In this document: piece by piece, positions 52,159 through 62,045 of the stretch | How the letters are laid out: every line of letters begins with the position of its first letter | Numbering within the stretch: the first letter of the stretch is position 1 | NCBI GenBank assembly: GCA_963749705.1 | Contig: CAVVNQ010000003.1 | Span: 583,184 to 647,183, forward strand | DNA length: 64,000 nucleotides | Origin: an uncultured Chloroflexia bacterium | GTDB lineage: Bacteria; Chloroflexota; Limnocylindria; Limnocylindrales; CSP1-4 | Direction of reading: 5' to 3' | Notes under the pieces: generated by a model | The model's database searches: none | Told to the model about the DNA's origin: nothing | What the model saw: only the letters and a program-made list of their open reading frames with translations | Translations under genes and position numbers: made by a program

Positions 52159-53493
52159 TTGCAGAAGCCCATGGACGGCGCGCAGCGACCTGCACCCAGG
52201 CTGCGTGACGACCGCCCTCGAGCATCATCGGCCTCCCGTATCAACGGCCGCAGCATTCGCACCGCTCGCGCGGTTCGCGGGTGGTTGCGTGGCGGTCTCC
52301 CAATCCACCTCCGCGCGCTGAGCGCATCGCTCGCAGCGGGTCTCCAGCCGTTCCGGACCGCGGAGCGCGCACTGCCGCTCGCCGTCGCGGCGATCGTTGC
52401 CCTGGCCTCGCTGTTTGCGATCCTCCCCAACACGCCCCAGGGTGCCGTCGGTGGCACGCGGGGTGGCGGCGGGGACGTCCGGCTGGCGATCGGCGGCGGG
52501 GGCGCCGTGCCACCGATTGGGCTGAGCGACTCGGACCTTGCGGCGGGCCTCGGTTCCGGCGACGGCCCGACGTTCGAGCCGGTCGTGCTGCCCGATGGCG
52601 CCGACACCGCTCCGGGCGCGGATACGACGCTGACCCAGGCAGGCGCATTCCTTGACGACGGCACGCTGCTGACCGGGTACGCCCCGCAGACGACCGTCGA
52701 GGACGGCGCAAGCCTGATCCAGACCTATCGCGTCAAGTCCGGCGACACCCTGGTCACGATCGCCCGCCATTTCGGCGTCTCGATGATGACGCTGTGGTGG
52801 TCGAACAAGCTCACCTCGAAGGACGAGCTCCATGTCGGGCAGACCCTGCGCATCCCGCCGGTCAATGGCGTGGTCGTGACGGTCACCGAGAATGACACGC
52901 TCGATTCGCTCGCCGCCAAGTACAGCTCAGACCCGACCGACATCATCGATCTCAACGGGCTCGAGGACCCCACCCTGGTGGTCGGCCAGGTGCTGGTCCT
53001 GCCGGGCGCGCGCGGCGCGGCCATCCCGACGCCCAAGCCGACGCCCAAGCCAAAGGTGGTGGTCCGGTCGAGTGGCGGCAGCTCGTCGTCATCGAGCACG
53101 GCCAAGTACTCCGGCGGCGTGTTCAAGTGGCCCGTGGTCGGCGGCGGCAACTACATCAGCCAGTACTACCACTACGGCCATTACGCGATCGACATCGCCG
53201 CCGCGTACGGCAGCCCGGTCATCGCGGCGGCCTCGGGCAAGGTGATCTTCGCCGGCTGGAAGAACAATGGCGGCGGCTACCAGGTCTGGATCTCGCACGG
53301 CAGCAACCTGTACACCACCTACAACCACATGTCGGCGATCACGGTCGGTGCCGGGCAGTCGGTATCGCGTGGACACCAGGTCGGGCGGATCGGCGCGACC
53401 GGTGACGCGACCGGACCGCACCTGCACTTCGAGGTCTGGATCGGGCCGATCTGGAACGGCGGGACGCGCGTCAACCCGCTCCGCTACTTCTAG
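52159..53493 (+). CDS. Membrane-anchored LysM x2 + M23 metallopeptidase
   Basis: TM helix, YRVKSGDTL..IA and DTL.SLA LysM motifs, HYAIDIA, YNHM, ATGPHLHFEV. AGGAG RBS. Confidence 0.9.
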   Translation: MQKPMDGAQRPAPRLRDDRPRASSASRINGRSIRTARAVRGWLRGGLPIHLRALSASLAAGLQPFRTAERALPLAVAAIVALASLFAILPNTPQGAVGGTRGGGGDVRLAIGGGGAVPPIGLSDSDLAAGLGSGDGPTFEPVVLPDGADTAPGADTTLTQAGAFLDDGTLLTGYAPQTTVEDGASLIQTYRVKSGDTLVTIARHFGVSMMTLWWSNKLTSKDELHVGQTLRIPPVNGVVVTVTENDTLDSLAAKYSSDPTDIIDLNGLEDPTLVVGQVLVLPGARGAAIPTPKPTPKPKVVVRSSGGSSSSSSTAKYSGGVFKWPVVGGGNYISQYYHYGHYAIDIAAAYGSPVIAAASGKVIFAGWKNNGGGYQVWISHGSNLYTTYNHMSAITVGAGQSVSRGHQVGRIGATGDATGPHLHFEVWIGPIWNGGTRVNPLRYF

Positions 53494-53564
53494 GCGGTCG
53501 CCCGCACACCCGCCGCCCGGCCCGGGTGCCGGGGGAAGCGCATCTCCATGCGACAATGAGCACG

Positions 53565-54854
53565 ATGTTCCTCGATGAGGTCCGCATCGTGGTGCGCGCC
53601 GGGGCGGGCGGCGACGGAGCGGCCACCTTCCGGCGTGAGGCCCACGTTCCCCGCGGTGGCCCCGACGGCGGGGACGGCGGGCGGGGTGGTTCCGTGTACC
53701 TGCGCGTGGACGTCGGCCAGACGACGCTCCGCGACTTCCGCTACAAGCACCATTTCAGCGCCTCGCCCGGTGGTCGTGGCGAACGATCCAAGCGCCATGG
53801 CAAGGCCGGCGAGGATCTCTACCTCCCGGTGCCGCCCGGGACCGCGGTGCTCGATGGCGAGTCGGGCGCCCTGCTCGCCGACCTCGTCGCCGTGAGCCAG
53901 GAGGTCATGGTCGGGCGCGGGGGTCGCGGCGGCCTGGGGAACGTCCACTTCGCGACCTCGACCCACCAGGCGCCCAAGCACGCGCAGAAGGGCGAGCCAG
54001 GCGAGGAGCGGACGATCCGGCTCGAGCTGCGGCTGATCGCGGACGTCGGCCTGGTTGGCCTGCCCAATGCCGGCAAGTCCACGTTGCTGGCCGCCCTGAC
54101 CGCGGCACGCCCGAAGATCGCCGACTACCCGTTCACCACGCTCGAGCCAAACCTGGGGGTGATGGATCTCGGGATCGACGATGGCCGCCGGCCGACGATC
54201 GCCGACGTGCCGGGGCTCATCGAGGGGGCATCGTCGGGGGCGGGTCTCGGCCACGCCTTCCTGCGCCACGTCGAGCGGACGCGGATCCTGCTCCACGTCG
54301 TGGACGGGTCGTCGAATGACCCGGGACGGGACATGGACGTGATCCGGGAGGAGCTCGAGGCCCATGACCCCGCGCTCCTGGCCCGGCCGATCCTGGTCGT
54401 GTTCAACAAGCTCGACCTGCCAGCCGCGCGCACGGCATGGACCGGGTTCCAGACAGTGACGCGTCGGGCCGGGATCCCGTCGCTGGCGATCTCCGCGGAG
54501 ACGGGGGAGGGCCTCGACGCGCTGCGCGCGGCGGTCGGCGAGCTGTTGCCCGACGCGGACGAGCTGGCCGCACCGCCGGACCCGGCCGGCGTCGTCGTGC
54601 ACCGGATCGAGGCCGCCGGCGATGGATTCACGATGGAGCGCGAGGACGGCGCCTATCGCATCCGCGGAAAGCGCATCGAACGGCTGGTCGCCCAGACCAA
54701 CTTCGAGGTCGATGAGTCGGCGGGGCGCTTCCAGCGCGAGCTGGTCCGGCTGGGCATCGACGCCGCCCTGCGCAAGGCGGGCGTCCGGCCCGGCGACACC
54801 GTGCGGATCGGCGGTCAGGAGCTCGAGTGGGAGCCGCGCGAGGACGACGCGTGA
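53565..54854 (+). CDS. obgE: GTPase ObgE/CgtA
   Basis: GGPDGGDGG.GG, ADVGLVG.PNAGKST, YPFTTL.P, D.PG, NK.D, C-terminal GDTVRIG. Confidence 0.97.
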   Translation: MFLDEVRIVVRAGAGGDGAATFRREAHVPRGGPDGGDGGRGGSVYLRVDVGQTTLRDFRYKHHFSASPGGRGERSKRHGKAGEDLYLPVPPGTAVLDGESGALLADLVAVSQEVMVGRGGRGGLGNVHFATSTHQAPKHAQKGEPGEERTIRLELRLIADVGLVGLPNAGKSTLLAALTAARPKIADYPFTTLEPNLGVMDLGIDDGRRPTIADVPGLIEGASSGAGLGHAFLRHVERTRILLHVVDGSSNDPGRDMDVIREELEAHDPALLARPILVVFNKLDLPAARTAWTGFQTVTRRAGIPSLAISAETGEGLDALRAAVGELLPDADELAAPPDPAGVVVHRIEAAGDGFTMEREDGAYRIRGKRIERLVAQTNFEVDESAGRFQRELVRLGIDAALRKAGVRPGDTVRIGGQELEWEPREDDA

Positions 54855-55560
54855 CCGGTGGCCGGACCTGCCCGGGGGCCGGATCGTGCCCGGTGACCGG
54901 ATCGTGCCCGGTGACCAGGCGTCGGCCGGGATCGCGCCGCCGGCTCCGATCACGCCCGGCAGCGTCGGGCTGCTCGGCGGCACGTTCGACCCCATCCACC
55001 ACGGGCACCTCGCGATCGGCGAGGAGGCGCGCGAGACGCTCGGGCTGGAGCGTGTCGTGTTCGTGCCTGCCGCCATCCCGCCGCACAAGCCGGGCCAGCC
55101 GGTGACCGACCCGCGTCATCGCCTCGCGATGCTCGAGCTCGCGGTGGCAACGAACCCGGCGTTCGAGGTGAGCCCGATCGAGCTCGACCGGGGCGGACCA
55201 TCGTTCACGGTCGACACGCTCAGCGAGCTGCGCACCGCGGGGATCGGCGACCCGTGGTTCATCCTGTCCTCCGAGGCGCTGGCCGGCTTTCCGGCCTGGC
55301 GAGATCCGGAGCGGATCCTGGACCTGTGCCGGCTCGCCGTCGTGCCGCGTGGCGGCCACACCGCGCTCGGGGCTGCCTGGGCGGAGCGCCGGTTTCCAGC
55401 GCGGGCCGGCCGGATCACCTTCCTGTCGGGGCCCCTGTTGCCCATCTCGGGTAGCGTGGTGCGGCGCCGGGCCGCCGCGGGCCGCTCGGTCCGCTATCTC
55501 GTGCCCGAGGCGGTCGCCGCCTACATCGCCGACCATCACCTGTACACCGACCCGTCGTGA
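54851..55560 (+). CDS. nadD: Nicotinate-nucleotide adenylyltransferase (in-frame starts at 54886/54904; probable true start 54851 with a 1-nt deletion)
   Basis: GGTFDPIHHGHL, PPHK, SFTVDTL, ISGS.VR, YLVP..V..YI..H.LY. Confidence 0.92.
54863..54915 (+). repeat. 18-bp tandem repeat at the nadD start (first copy 17 nt, degenerate)
   Basis: CGGACCTGCCCGGGGGC, CGGATCGTGCCCGGTGAC, CGGATCGTGCCCGGTGAC. Confidence 0.85.
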
Positions 55561-55573
55561 GGACCTTGACCCT

Positions 55574-55996
55574 GTGACCGATCCCGCCACCCCGATCGCC
55601 CCCCGCCCGGACGGGCTGCCCGCCCGTGAGACGGCCGCCCCGGGAACCGACCAAGCTCCGCTCGACCTCGCCCGACGGATCGTCGAGCTGGCCGAGGACA
55701 AGAAGGCGGCCGACATCGTGCTTCTCGACCTGGGCGAGCTGACGACGCTGGCGGATGCGTTCGTCATCTGCTCCGGCGGAACGGAGCGCCAGATCGCCGC
55801 GATCGCGGACGGGATCGTGGGCGGACTGCGCGACGAGGGCGTCCGGTCGATCGGGCGCGAGGGCGCCGCCGAGTCGCATTGGGTGCTGCTCGATTTCGGG
55901 TCGGTGATCGTCCACGTGTTCACGCCGCCCGAGCGCGACTACTACCAGCTCGAGCGGCACTGGTCGGGCGCCAGGATCGTCCTGCGCGTCCAGTAG
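55574..55996 (+). CDS. rsfS: Ribosome silencing factor
   Basis: DKKA.DI..LD, D.FVICSG..ERQ, WVLLDFG.V.VH.F, R.YYQLE..W. Confidence 0.95.
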   Translation: MTDPATPIAPRPDGLPARETAAPGTDQAPLDLARRIVELAEDKKAADIVLLDLGELTTLADAFVICSGGTERQIAAIADGIVGGLRDEGVRSIGREGAAESHWVLLDFGSVIVHVFTPPERDYYQLERHWSGARIVLRVQ

Positions 55997-56160
55997 GACC
56001 GCGCCGACGCGGGCTCGGTCGCGGCGTCCCGCGCACCTCGCGCGGCGCAACCGGTGGTGGTACCTCCCGCAGGGGTACCGCTGGGTCATGTCCCGCCAAG
56101 GGCACCGTTCCTAGCATCCGTGGCAGGTGGTCCGCCGTCGGGGCCGACCCCACCCGGAGA

Positions 56161-56421
56161 TTGACCTTGTCGGGCCTGCGCGATCGCTGCCCCAGCTGCA
56201 CCCGCCGCCTGATCATCACCCGCTTCGACACCACGTTTCGGCTGTCGGACCGGACGGAGCGGCTGTGCTTCGGGATCCCGGGCGGGCTCTGCGAGGACTG
56301 CCACCAGCTGTACATCGATCCCGAGCTGATCGAGCTCCTCGACCTTGGCGACGGCCGCTGCGTGTTCGCCATCGAGAGCGACGTGGTGCTCCAGGAAGAG
56401 GCCTGGTCCGCCGCCGACTGA
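56161..56421 (+). CDS. Small zinc-finger protein (YgiT/MqsA-type CxxC...CxxC)
   Basis: CPSC...IPGGLCEDCHQLYID. GGAGA RBS before TTG, TAGCAT upstream. Confidence 0.65.
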   Translation: MTLSGLRDRCPSCTRRLIITRFDTTFRLSDRTERLCFGIPGGLCEDCHQLYIDPELIELLDLGDGRCVFAIESDVVLQEEAWSAAD

Positions 56422-56475
56422 GCGCTCGGGCGGCCCGGAACCCGACGCGACCCGGGGCCGCGGGCTCCTCGGCCG

Positions 56476-57576
56476 CTATCGACCCCGGCCCGGCGCACCG
56501 CCGGGCACCGGCACGACGCCGGGCTTCGTTACGAGACCGGAATTGGGCGCGATGCGATCGCGCACCCACAGCGCGAACGCAAGCCGGCGCTGGCGCTCGG
56601 TGGATCCGGAGTCCGGCGCTCCCTTGACCATCGCGTCGAGCTCGAGCACGCCGTCGAGCGCGGCCTCGAGCTCCGGCAGCGTCCAGCGGCGTGCCTGCTC
56701 GGCCAGCTTCTGGGCCCGGAACGGGTGTCCGCCGATCAGCTTGACCAGGTCGGCCGGCTTGCCCCGGGACGCGGCGTGGTCGGCGGCGATGATCAGCTCG
56801 CGCAGCCGGCGATGGAGCTGGACCAGGATCACAGGCTCCGGAACCGTCTCCAGCAGGTGGTCGAGCAGCGGGCCCGCCACGGACTCGCGCCGTTCCGCGA
56901 TGGCGTCGAGGGCGGCCCAGGTCGAGTCGGGGACGACCTCGGACACGAGCGCCTTCACGTCCTCCTCGCCGACCTCGCCATCGGGCCGGTAGAGCGCAAG
57001 CTTGTCCAGCTCGCCGATGGCCAGCGCACTCTGCCGCTGCCGGTCGACGTCGCCTTCACGCACGAAGCCGCCGACCCGCCGCGCCAGCTCGCGCGCCGCC
57101 GGAGGCGTCATCTTCATGCCGCGCTCCTCCGCCCGTCCCCGGATCCACGCGGCCAGCTCGCCCTCGCGCGGCGCCTTGAACACCTTGACCTCGCCACCCG
57201 CGGCGCGAACGGTGGTCTCGAGCCCCTGGAGTGCCGCGGACCTGCGGCCGCCGCCATCGCCCTGCTCGATGAACACCAGGGCGTTGCCCGGCGCGACGCT
57301 CCGGATCGCTCCCTCGACCGCCTCGCGTTCCGCCCTGGACCGGAGGAGAGGACCCGGGTCGAGCACCACGGCGACCGTGCCCCCGCCGAACATCGGGGCC
57401 GTCGCGACGCGCTCGCCGATGGCCGCGGCACTGGTCTCGGCCGCGGCGACCCGCCAGCGATCGGGCGCCATCCCGGTGTCCTGCTCGATCCGGCGCGCGA
57501 TCAGGGCCGCCGCGCGATCCAGCGACCAGCCGTCGTCACCCCGGTAGTACGCGACGACCGGGACGTCGCCACTCAT
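56476..57576 (-). CDS. holA: DNA polymerase III subunit delta
   Basis: Y.GDD, P.FGG, WI......GM, ELDKLALY, W...DAI, HPF...K, D..VKG. Downstream of comEC. Confidence 0.85.
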   Translation of the reverse strand: MSGDVPVVAYYRGDDGWSLDRAAALIARRIEQDTGMAPDRWRVAAAETSAAAIGERVATAPMFGGGTVAVVLDPGPLLRSRAEREAVEGAIRSVAPGNALVFIEQGDGGGRRSAALQGLETTVRAAGGEVKVFKAPREGELAAWIRGRAEERGMKMTPPAARELARRVGGFVREGDVDRQRQSALAIGELDKLALYRPDGEVGEEDVKALVSEVVPDSTWAALDAIAERRESVAGPLLDHLLETVPEPVILVQLHRRLRELIIAADHAASRGKPADLVKLIGGHPFRAQKLAEQARRWTLPELEAALDGVLELDAMVKGAPDSGSTERQRRLAFALWVRDRIAPNSGLVTKPGVVPVPGGAPGRGR

Positions 57577-58205
57577 GCCGCGTGCTCGCGGACCGCGCGC
57601 GTGGCCCATCGAAGCCGGCGCACGTCAGCCGGGGCGACGCCGGCAGCCCGGCACACGGCGGCCTCGAGCTCACGCGCCCGGGCGAGCACCCGCTCGGCCA
57701 CCACGTCGTCCCAGCCGGATCCCGACGTTCCGTCGCCGGCCGAGGGATCCGCCGGCCCGGCGGGGTAGCGCCGCCGCCAAGAGGCGAACCGCGCGTCCAT
57801 CGGTTCCAGGTGCTGTCCGGCGCGCTTGTCGGCGTAGGCGACGATCCGCGCTTCGAGGCTTGCGGTCCGCGACCAGGTGACGCTCGAAGGCTCCGCGAGC
57901 CGTGTGACCGGGTGATCGCGAACGACCGGCGCGAGCTCGGGCCATCCGCGGTCGGCGAGCCACCACGCCGAGCCTTCCCCGTGGCGGAGGCGGTCCGGCA
58001 CCACGACCGAGGGCAGCTTGTCCACGTCGTGCAGCAGCGCAGCGACCGCCGCCAGCTCCACGTCCACCTCCTGATCGCTGGACCGGGCGCGTACGGCGAG
58101 CCAGGCGGCGACGTCCGCCACGGCGCACGAATGCCGCAGCAGCCACTCGGGCGGATCCAGGGAGCAGAGCAGGCGGGCGGCCTCGTGGCGCGCCGGGATC
58201 GTCAT
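57573..58205 (-). CDS. HD-domain phosphohydrolase
   Basis: RHS..VA, ALLHDVDK, HG, DH, IVAYADKR. ATGA overlap with holA. Confidence 0.85.
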   Translation of the reverse strand: MTIPARHEAARLLCSLDPPEWLLRHSCAVADVAAWLAVRARSSDQEVDVELAAVAALLHDVDKLPSVVVPDRLRHGEGSAWWLADRGWPELAPVVRDHPVTRLAEPSSVTWSRTASLEARIVAYADKRAGQHLEPMDARFASWRRRYPAGPADPSAGDGTSGSGWDDVVAERVLARARELEAAVCRAAGVAPADVRRLRWATRAVREHAA

Positions 58206-60699
58206 GGTAGGGATCGTATCCGAGCGACGCCGTCCGGACGGCGGGTGACCATGTTCGGCTGCCGGTCGACGCGCGACCACCCGTCGTGCGCACGACGACC
58301 CCGTTCGCCCGGAGGTCGGCCTCAATCGAGCCGTCGAGGTCCGTGCGCAGGACGCGGGCACCGCTGGCAACGAGCCTCGACAGGGTCGCGTGGGCCGGGT
58401 GACCGTAGGTGTTGCCCGTCCCCACCGAGATGGCCGCGACCGTCGGACGGACGGCGTCGAGGAATGCCTGCGTCGTCGCGGTGGCGCTCCCGTGGTGGGC
58501 CACCTTGAGCACGTCCACGTGCGGCAGACCACGCGCAACCAGCGTCGGATCCACCGTTTCCTCGATGTCGCCGGTCAGCAGGAACCGGCGGCCCTCCGCC
58601 TCGCCCAGGAGCACGATCGAGACGTCATTGATCCCGGCCCCCGTCGCCGCGGGCTCGACCGGCACGGTGCCGGGATCGGGCCACAGGACCGTCAGCCTGA
58701 TCTCGCCGAGCTCGATCCTCGCGCCCGTGGCCAGCTGCCCCCGTGGCGGTCCATCGCGCAGCGCCCTGTCCCACGCCGCCCAGCCCGGACCGGGGCCACG
58801 CATGCCGGGCTCGAACACGCGGCCGACCGAATACCGGGCGAGGACGCGCACCAGCCCCGCGACATGATCCTCGTGCGGGTGCGTGAGGACGATCACGTCG
58901 ATCCGGCGGTCCCAGGGTGGGATCCGGGCATCGAGCTCGAGCAGCAGGCGGTCGGGGTCGGGGCCACCGTCGACGAGCATCCGACCCCCGCCCCGGCTCT
59001 CGACCAGGATGGCGTCCCCCTGGCCGATGTCGAGCACGGTGAGGCGTGTCTCGCGGCCGGCCGCGCTGGCAACGGCGGCCGATCCGATCGCGATGACGAC
59101 GGCCAGCCCGACCAGCAGGACCCGTTGCGATGTCCCGAGACGCGGTCTGCCCTCGCGGCTGCGCGCCGAGGTACCGGGCTGCGGCCTCCGGCCCGTGCGA
59201 GCCGGGGACGCGGGCCTCGTCCGCCGGGGTCGACGCCACCTCCTGCGCATCGCCGGCAACAGCGCGATCACGGCCGCGATCCCGACCGCGACCAGGCCCG
59301 CAGCCGGCACCGCGAGCTCGGCGGGGATCTCGACGGCCGCGAACGGGAGACCCGCGCCGATCCGGACCATGGCCACGATGACGTGGAGGAGCAGCCATCC
59401 GGGCAGTCCCGCGATCGTTGCCACGACCGGCGGCAGGCCGAGCGCCACGAGCGCGCCGCCGCCAAGGGCGAGGACGCCGCCGGCCATCGCCGGCGGCACC
59501 AGCGGCACGACCGCGAGGTTCACGAACGGCGCGACGAGCGAGAGACGCCCGAACGTCGCCACGACATCCGGCAGCGTCGCGGCCTGGGCGGCCAGCGAGA
59601 TGCCGAGGCTCTCGGCGAGCCAGCCCGGGACGCGTCCACCGCTCACTCCCCGGATCCGAGCGGCCAGCGGGTTCGCCCATGCGAGCAGGCCGGCGGTCGC
59701 CAGCACCGACAGGCGAAAGCCGGCATCACCGATCATCCGCGGGTCGGCGAGCAGCAGGATCGCGGCCGCCCAGGCAAGCGCGGCCGGAGCGCGCCCGGCA
59801 CGGCCGGTCTCTCGGGCGAGCAGCACGACCGCCGCCATCACCGCGGCCCGCACGACCGAGGGCGATGCGCCGGCCGCGACCACGTACGCGACGATCGTGC
59901 CCGCGACGATCACCGCGACCAGCCGCTTCGGGCGACCGCGGAGCATCGCGCCGACGAGCCCGGCGACGATCGCGATGTTCCAACCGGAGATCGCGACGAC
60001 GTGGCTGACACCGGCCGTGGCGAAGTCCGCCGCGAGCTGCCGATCGACGCGCTCCCGAAGGCCGATGAGGATCCCGGCAGCCAGGCCGGCCTCGGGCTCG
60101 GGCAGCGCGGCCCGGAGCGCGTCGCCCGCACCGTCACGGGCGGACTGGAGCGTGACCTGCGACGCCTGATCCGGCACCCTCACCGATCGCGCCTGGAGCG
60201 TTCCCGACGCGCCCGTACGGGTCAGGTACTGCCCGTAGGGATCATCCGGCGGCGGCGGGCGAACGCGCCCGTCGACCTCGATCAGGTCGCCGGCGGCGAT
60301 CTCCGGGAAGGCCGGCAGGGTCGCGGCAACGATCACCTCCCCCCGGTCGACCTGGAGCCGCAGCCTCGCCGTCTGGTGGCCGTCGCGCGGCGATCCCATC
60401 GACTCGACCGTCGCCGTCCACGGACCAATCTGGCTGTCGTCGAGGACGGGTGGGGCCATGGCCGCCGGTCCGGCGACCAGGCGGATCGCCAGCAGCAGCA
60501 GGCCAAGCCCGAGCGCCACGGCCCGGGGTCGCCACCGGCTTCGCCTCGCACCGCGCGCGGCGAACGGCGCGGCGATGAGCAGCGGGCCGGCGACCATCGC
60601 CACCAGGGGGGACATGCCCAGCCACGCCGCACCCGCGGCGATCGCCGCGCCGCCGGCGAGCCAGGCGCTCCGTGGAGCACCGGCCCGGGCGGAGCTCAT
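57670..60699 (-). CDS. comEC: Competence DNA-uptake channel ComEC/Rec2 (with MBL domain)
   Basis: GVSHVVAISGWN, PSVVRA, GF.LS, DIGQGDA, THPHEDH, LTGD, KVAHHGS, N.YGHP, RTD..G. Confidence 0.93.
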   Translation of the reverse strand: MSSARAGAPRSAWLAGGAAIAAGAAWLGMSPLVAMVAGPLLIAAPFAARGARRSRWRPRAVALGLGLLLLAIRLVAGPAAMAPPVLDDSQIGPWTATVESMGSPRDGHQTARLRLQVDRGEVIVAATLPAFPEIAAGDLIEVDGRVRPPPPDDPYGQYLTRTGASGTLQARSVRVPDQASQVTLQSARDGAGDALRAALPEPEAGLAAGILIGLRERVDRQLAADFATAGVSHVVAISGWNIAIVAGLVGAMLRGRPKRLVAVIVAGTIVAYVVAAGASPSVVRAAVMAAVVLLARETGRAGRAPAALAWAAAILLLADPRMIGDAGFRLSVLATAGLLAWANPLAARIRGVSGGRVPGWLAESLGISLAAQAATLPDVVATFGRLSLVAPFVNLAVVPLVPPAMAGGVLALGGGALVALGLPPVVATIAGLPGWLLLHVIVAMVRIGAGLPFAAVEIPAELAVPAAGLVAVGIAAVIALLPAMRRRWRRPRRTRPASPARTGRRPQPGTSARSREGRPRLGTSQRVLLVGLAVVIAIGSAAVASAAGRETRLTVLDIGQGDAILVESRGGGRMLVDGGPDPDRLLLELDARIPPWDRRIDVIVLTHPHEDHVAGLVRVLARYSVGRVFEPGMRGPGPGWAAWDRALRDGPPRGQLATGARIELGEIRLTVLWPDPGTVPVEPAATGAGINDVSIVLLGEAEGRRFLLTGDIEETVDPTLVARGLPHVDVLKVAHHGSATATTQAFLDAVRPTVAAISVGTGNTYGHPAHATLSRLVASGARVLRTDLDGSIEADLRANGVVVRTTGGRASTGSRTWSPAVRTASLGYDPYHDDPGAPRGRPPALLPGSARVAAAAFVRRGGRRRLARRTRPVQRSGGGRGAGGGRCAAARRGQAALGRGAGPPPPRGRLGVVARRPRMARARAGRSRSPGHTARGAFERHLVADRKPRSADRRLRRQARRTAPGTDGRAVRLLAAALPRRAGGSLGRRRNVGIRLGRRGGRAGARPGA

Positions 60700-61436
60700 G
60701 GACCGACGGTCACGAGCGGGCGGATCTTGGCCAACGTCGCGGCCCCGACCACCTTCCGCGACCCGAGCTCGTCGATCGACCTGAACCGCTGCTCCTCGCG
60801 CGCGGCGATGATCTTGGCGGCCGTCGCGGGCCCGATGCCCGGCAGCGTGTCGAGCTGCTCGGCGTTCGCGGTGTTGACGTCGATGAGCCCGGTCCCGCCA
60901 CCCGGTCCCGCACCGCCACCCGGTGCGCCGGAGCCGGCCGCCCCGGGCGAGGTGGCAGCCTCGTCCCGGCTCGGAACGTGCACCTCGTCGCCGTCGTGGA
61001 GGATGGCCGCCAGGTTCAGCCGGAGATCGGCCGCGACCGTGTCAACCCGCGGACCGTAGCCGCCCGCGGCGGCGATGGCGTCGCCGATCCGCGCTCCGGC
61101 GACCAGGCGGTACAGGCCGGGATGCGCAACAGCGCCGCCGACCTCGACGACGATCTCGCCGCCCGGCGTCCCAGGAGGCATCCCCGAGGGCGCGCCAGGA
61201 TCGGACGTGGCGCCGAGCGCCGTCGCCCCATCGACCGTGACGACCGTGCCCGAATGGCTCCCGAGGAAGAACGCGCCGAGTGCTGCGCATCCGATCGCGA
61301 GCACGATCGCGACGGCCAGCCATGGGACCGTCCGCGGTTCAGGCTCCGTGCCGGCGCCGGACGCCGCGCCGCCGGTCGTCGTGTCGCCAGATTCGGTGGA
61401 TTCGAGGGCGCGCCAGGGCGCGCTGGAAGGCTCCAA
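60696..61436 (-). CDS. comEA: ComEA (TM + SLBB + helix-hairpin-helix)
   Basis: V.GAV.HPG.Y, R..DAI.AAGG, NLA....DG, NTA..EQLDTLPGIGP.TA.KII. Confidence 0.93.
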   Translation of the reverse strand: MEPSSAPWRALESTESGDTTTGGAASGAGTEPEPRTVPWLAVAIVLAIGCAALGAFFLGSHSGTVVTVDGATALGATSDPGAPSGMPPGTPGGEIVVEVGGAVAHPGLYRLVAGARIGDAIAAAGGYGPRVDTVAADLRLNLAAILHDGDEVHVPSRDEAATSPGAAGSGAPGGGAGPGGGTGLIDVNTANAEQLDTLPGIGPATAAKIIAAREEQRFRSIDELGSRKVVGAATLAKIRPLVTVGP

Positions 61437-61596
61437 GGGTTGGATCGCTCCCCGGCGGGCCTGGCGGCGGGCGATGGGGGAACAACCGCCTCGTCGGGGG
61501 CACTTCCGGCGAGGCGGCTGTCCAATGCGGACAGTACCCTCGCCGACTTATCGGCTGCTTATGGCGTGAGCGTCCGACCCCCGCGGGCGTCGATGG

Positions 61597-62007
61597 CTAC
61601 CCATCGGGCAGCGTCTCCCACGGGACCCAGACAGATCCGTCCCACCATCGGTGCCAGGTGCCGCCGTCGAGACCGCGCGCAAACACGTCCAGCCGGTCGG
61701 GGCCCCACGAGGTGGCCGCTGGAGCCACACCCGGTGCAAGCTCGCCACCCAGCGACTCCCAGGGATGCCAGGTCTCGCCGTCCCAGTACCTGTTTCGGAG
61801 CGTTCCGTCGTCGAAGATCGCGAACGCCTCCATCCGGTCGACCGCCCAGGCGGTGACGGCAGGCGGCGAGGCCAGCTCGCCGCCCAGAGATTCCGAGGCA
61901 CTCCAGACGCCGTCCCTGGATGCCCGATGCCACAGGCTGCGCCGGTCATCGACCCAGAACAGGTCGATGCTGGACTCGCCCCACGACGCCGCTGCGATAT
62001 CGCGCAT
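61597..62007 (-). CDS. Small tryptophan-rich protein with three PLL/fucose-lectin-like beta-propeller blades
   Basis: Three repeats of A.SWG..R.D.F....DG..WHR.WDG..W..WESLGG. Confidence 0.75.
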   Translation of the reverse strand: MRDIAAASWGESSIDLFWVDDRRSLWHRASRDGVWSASESLGGELASPPAVTAWAVDRMEAFAIFDDGTLRNRYWDGETWHPWESLGGELAPGVAPAATSWGPDRLDVFARGLDGGTWHRWWDGSVWVPWETLPDG

Positions 62008-62045
62008 TCAGGGACTCCCGGACTGCCGCTGCCTTCGCCGGGAGG

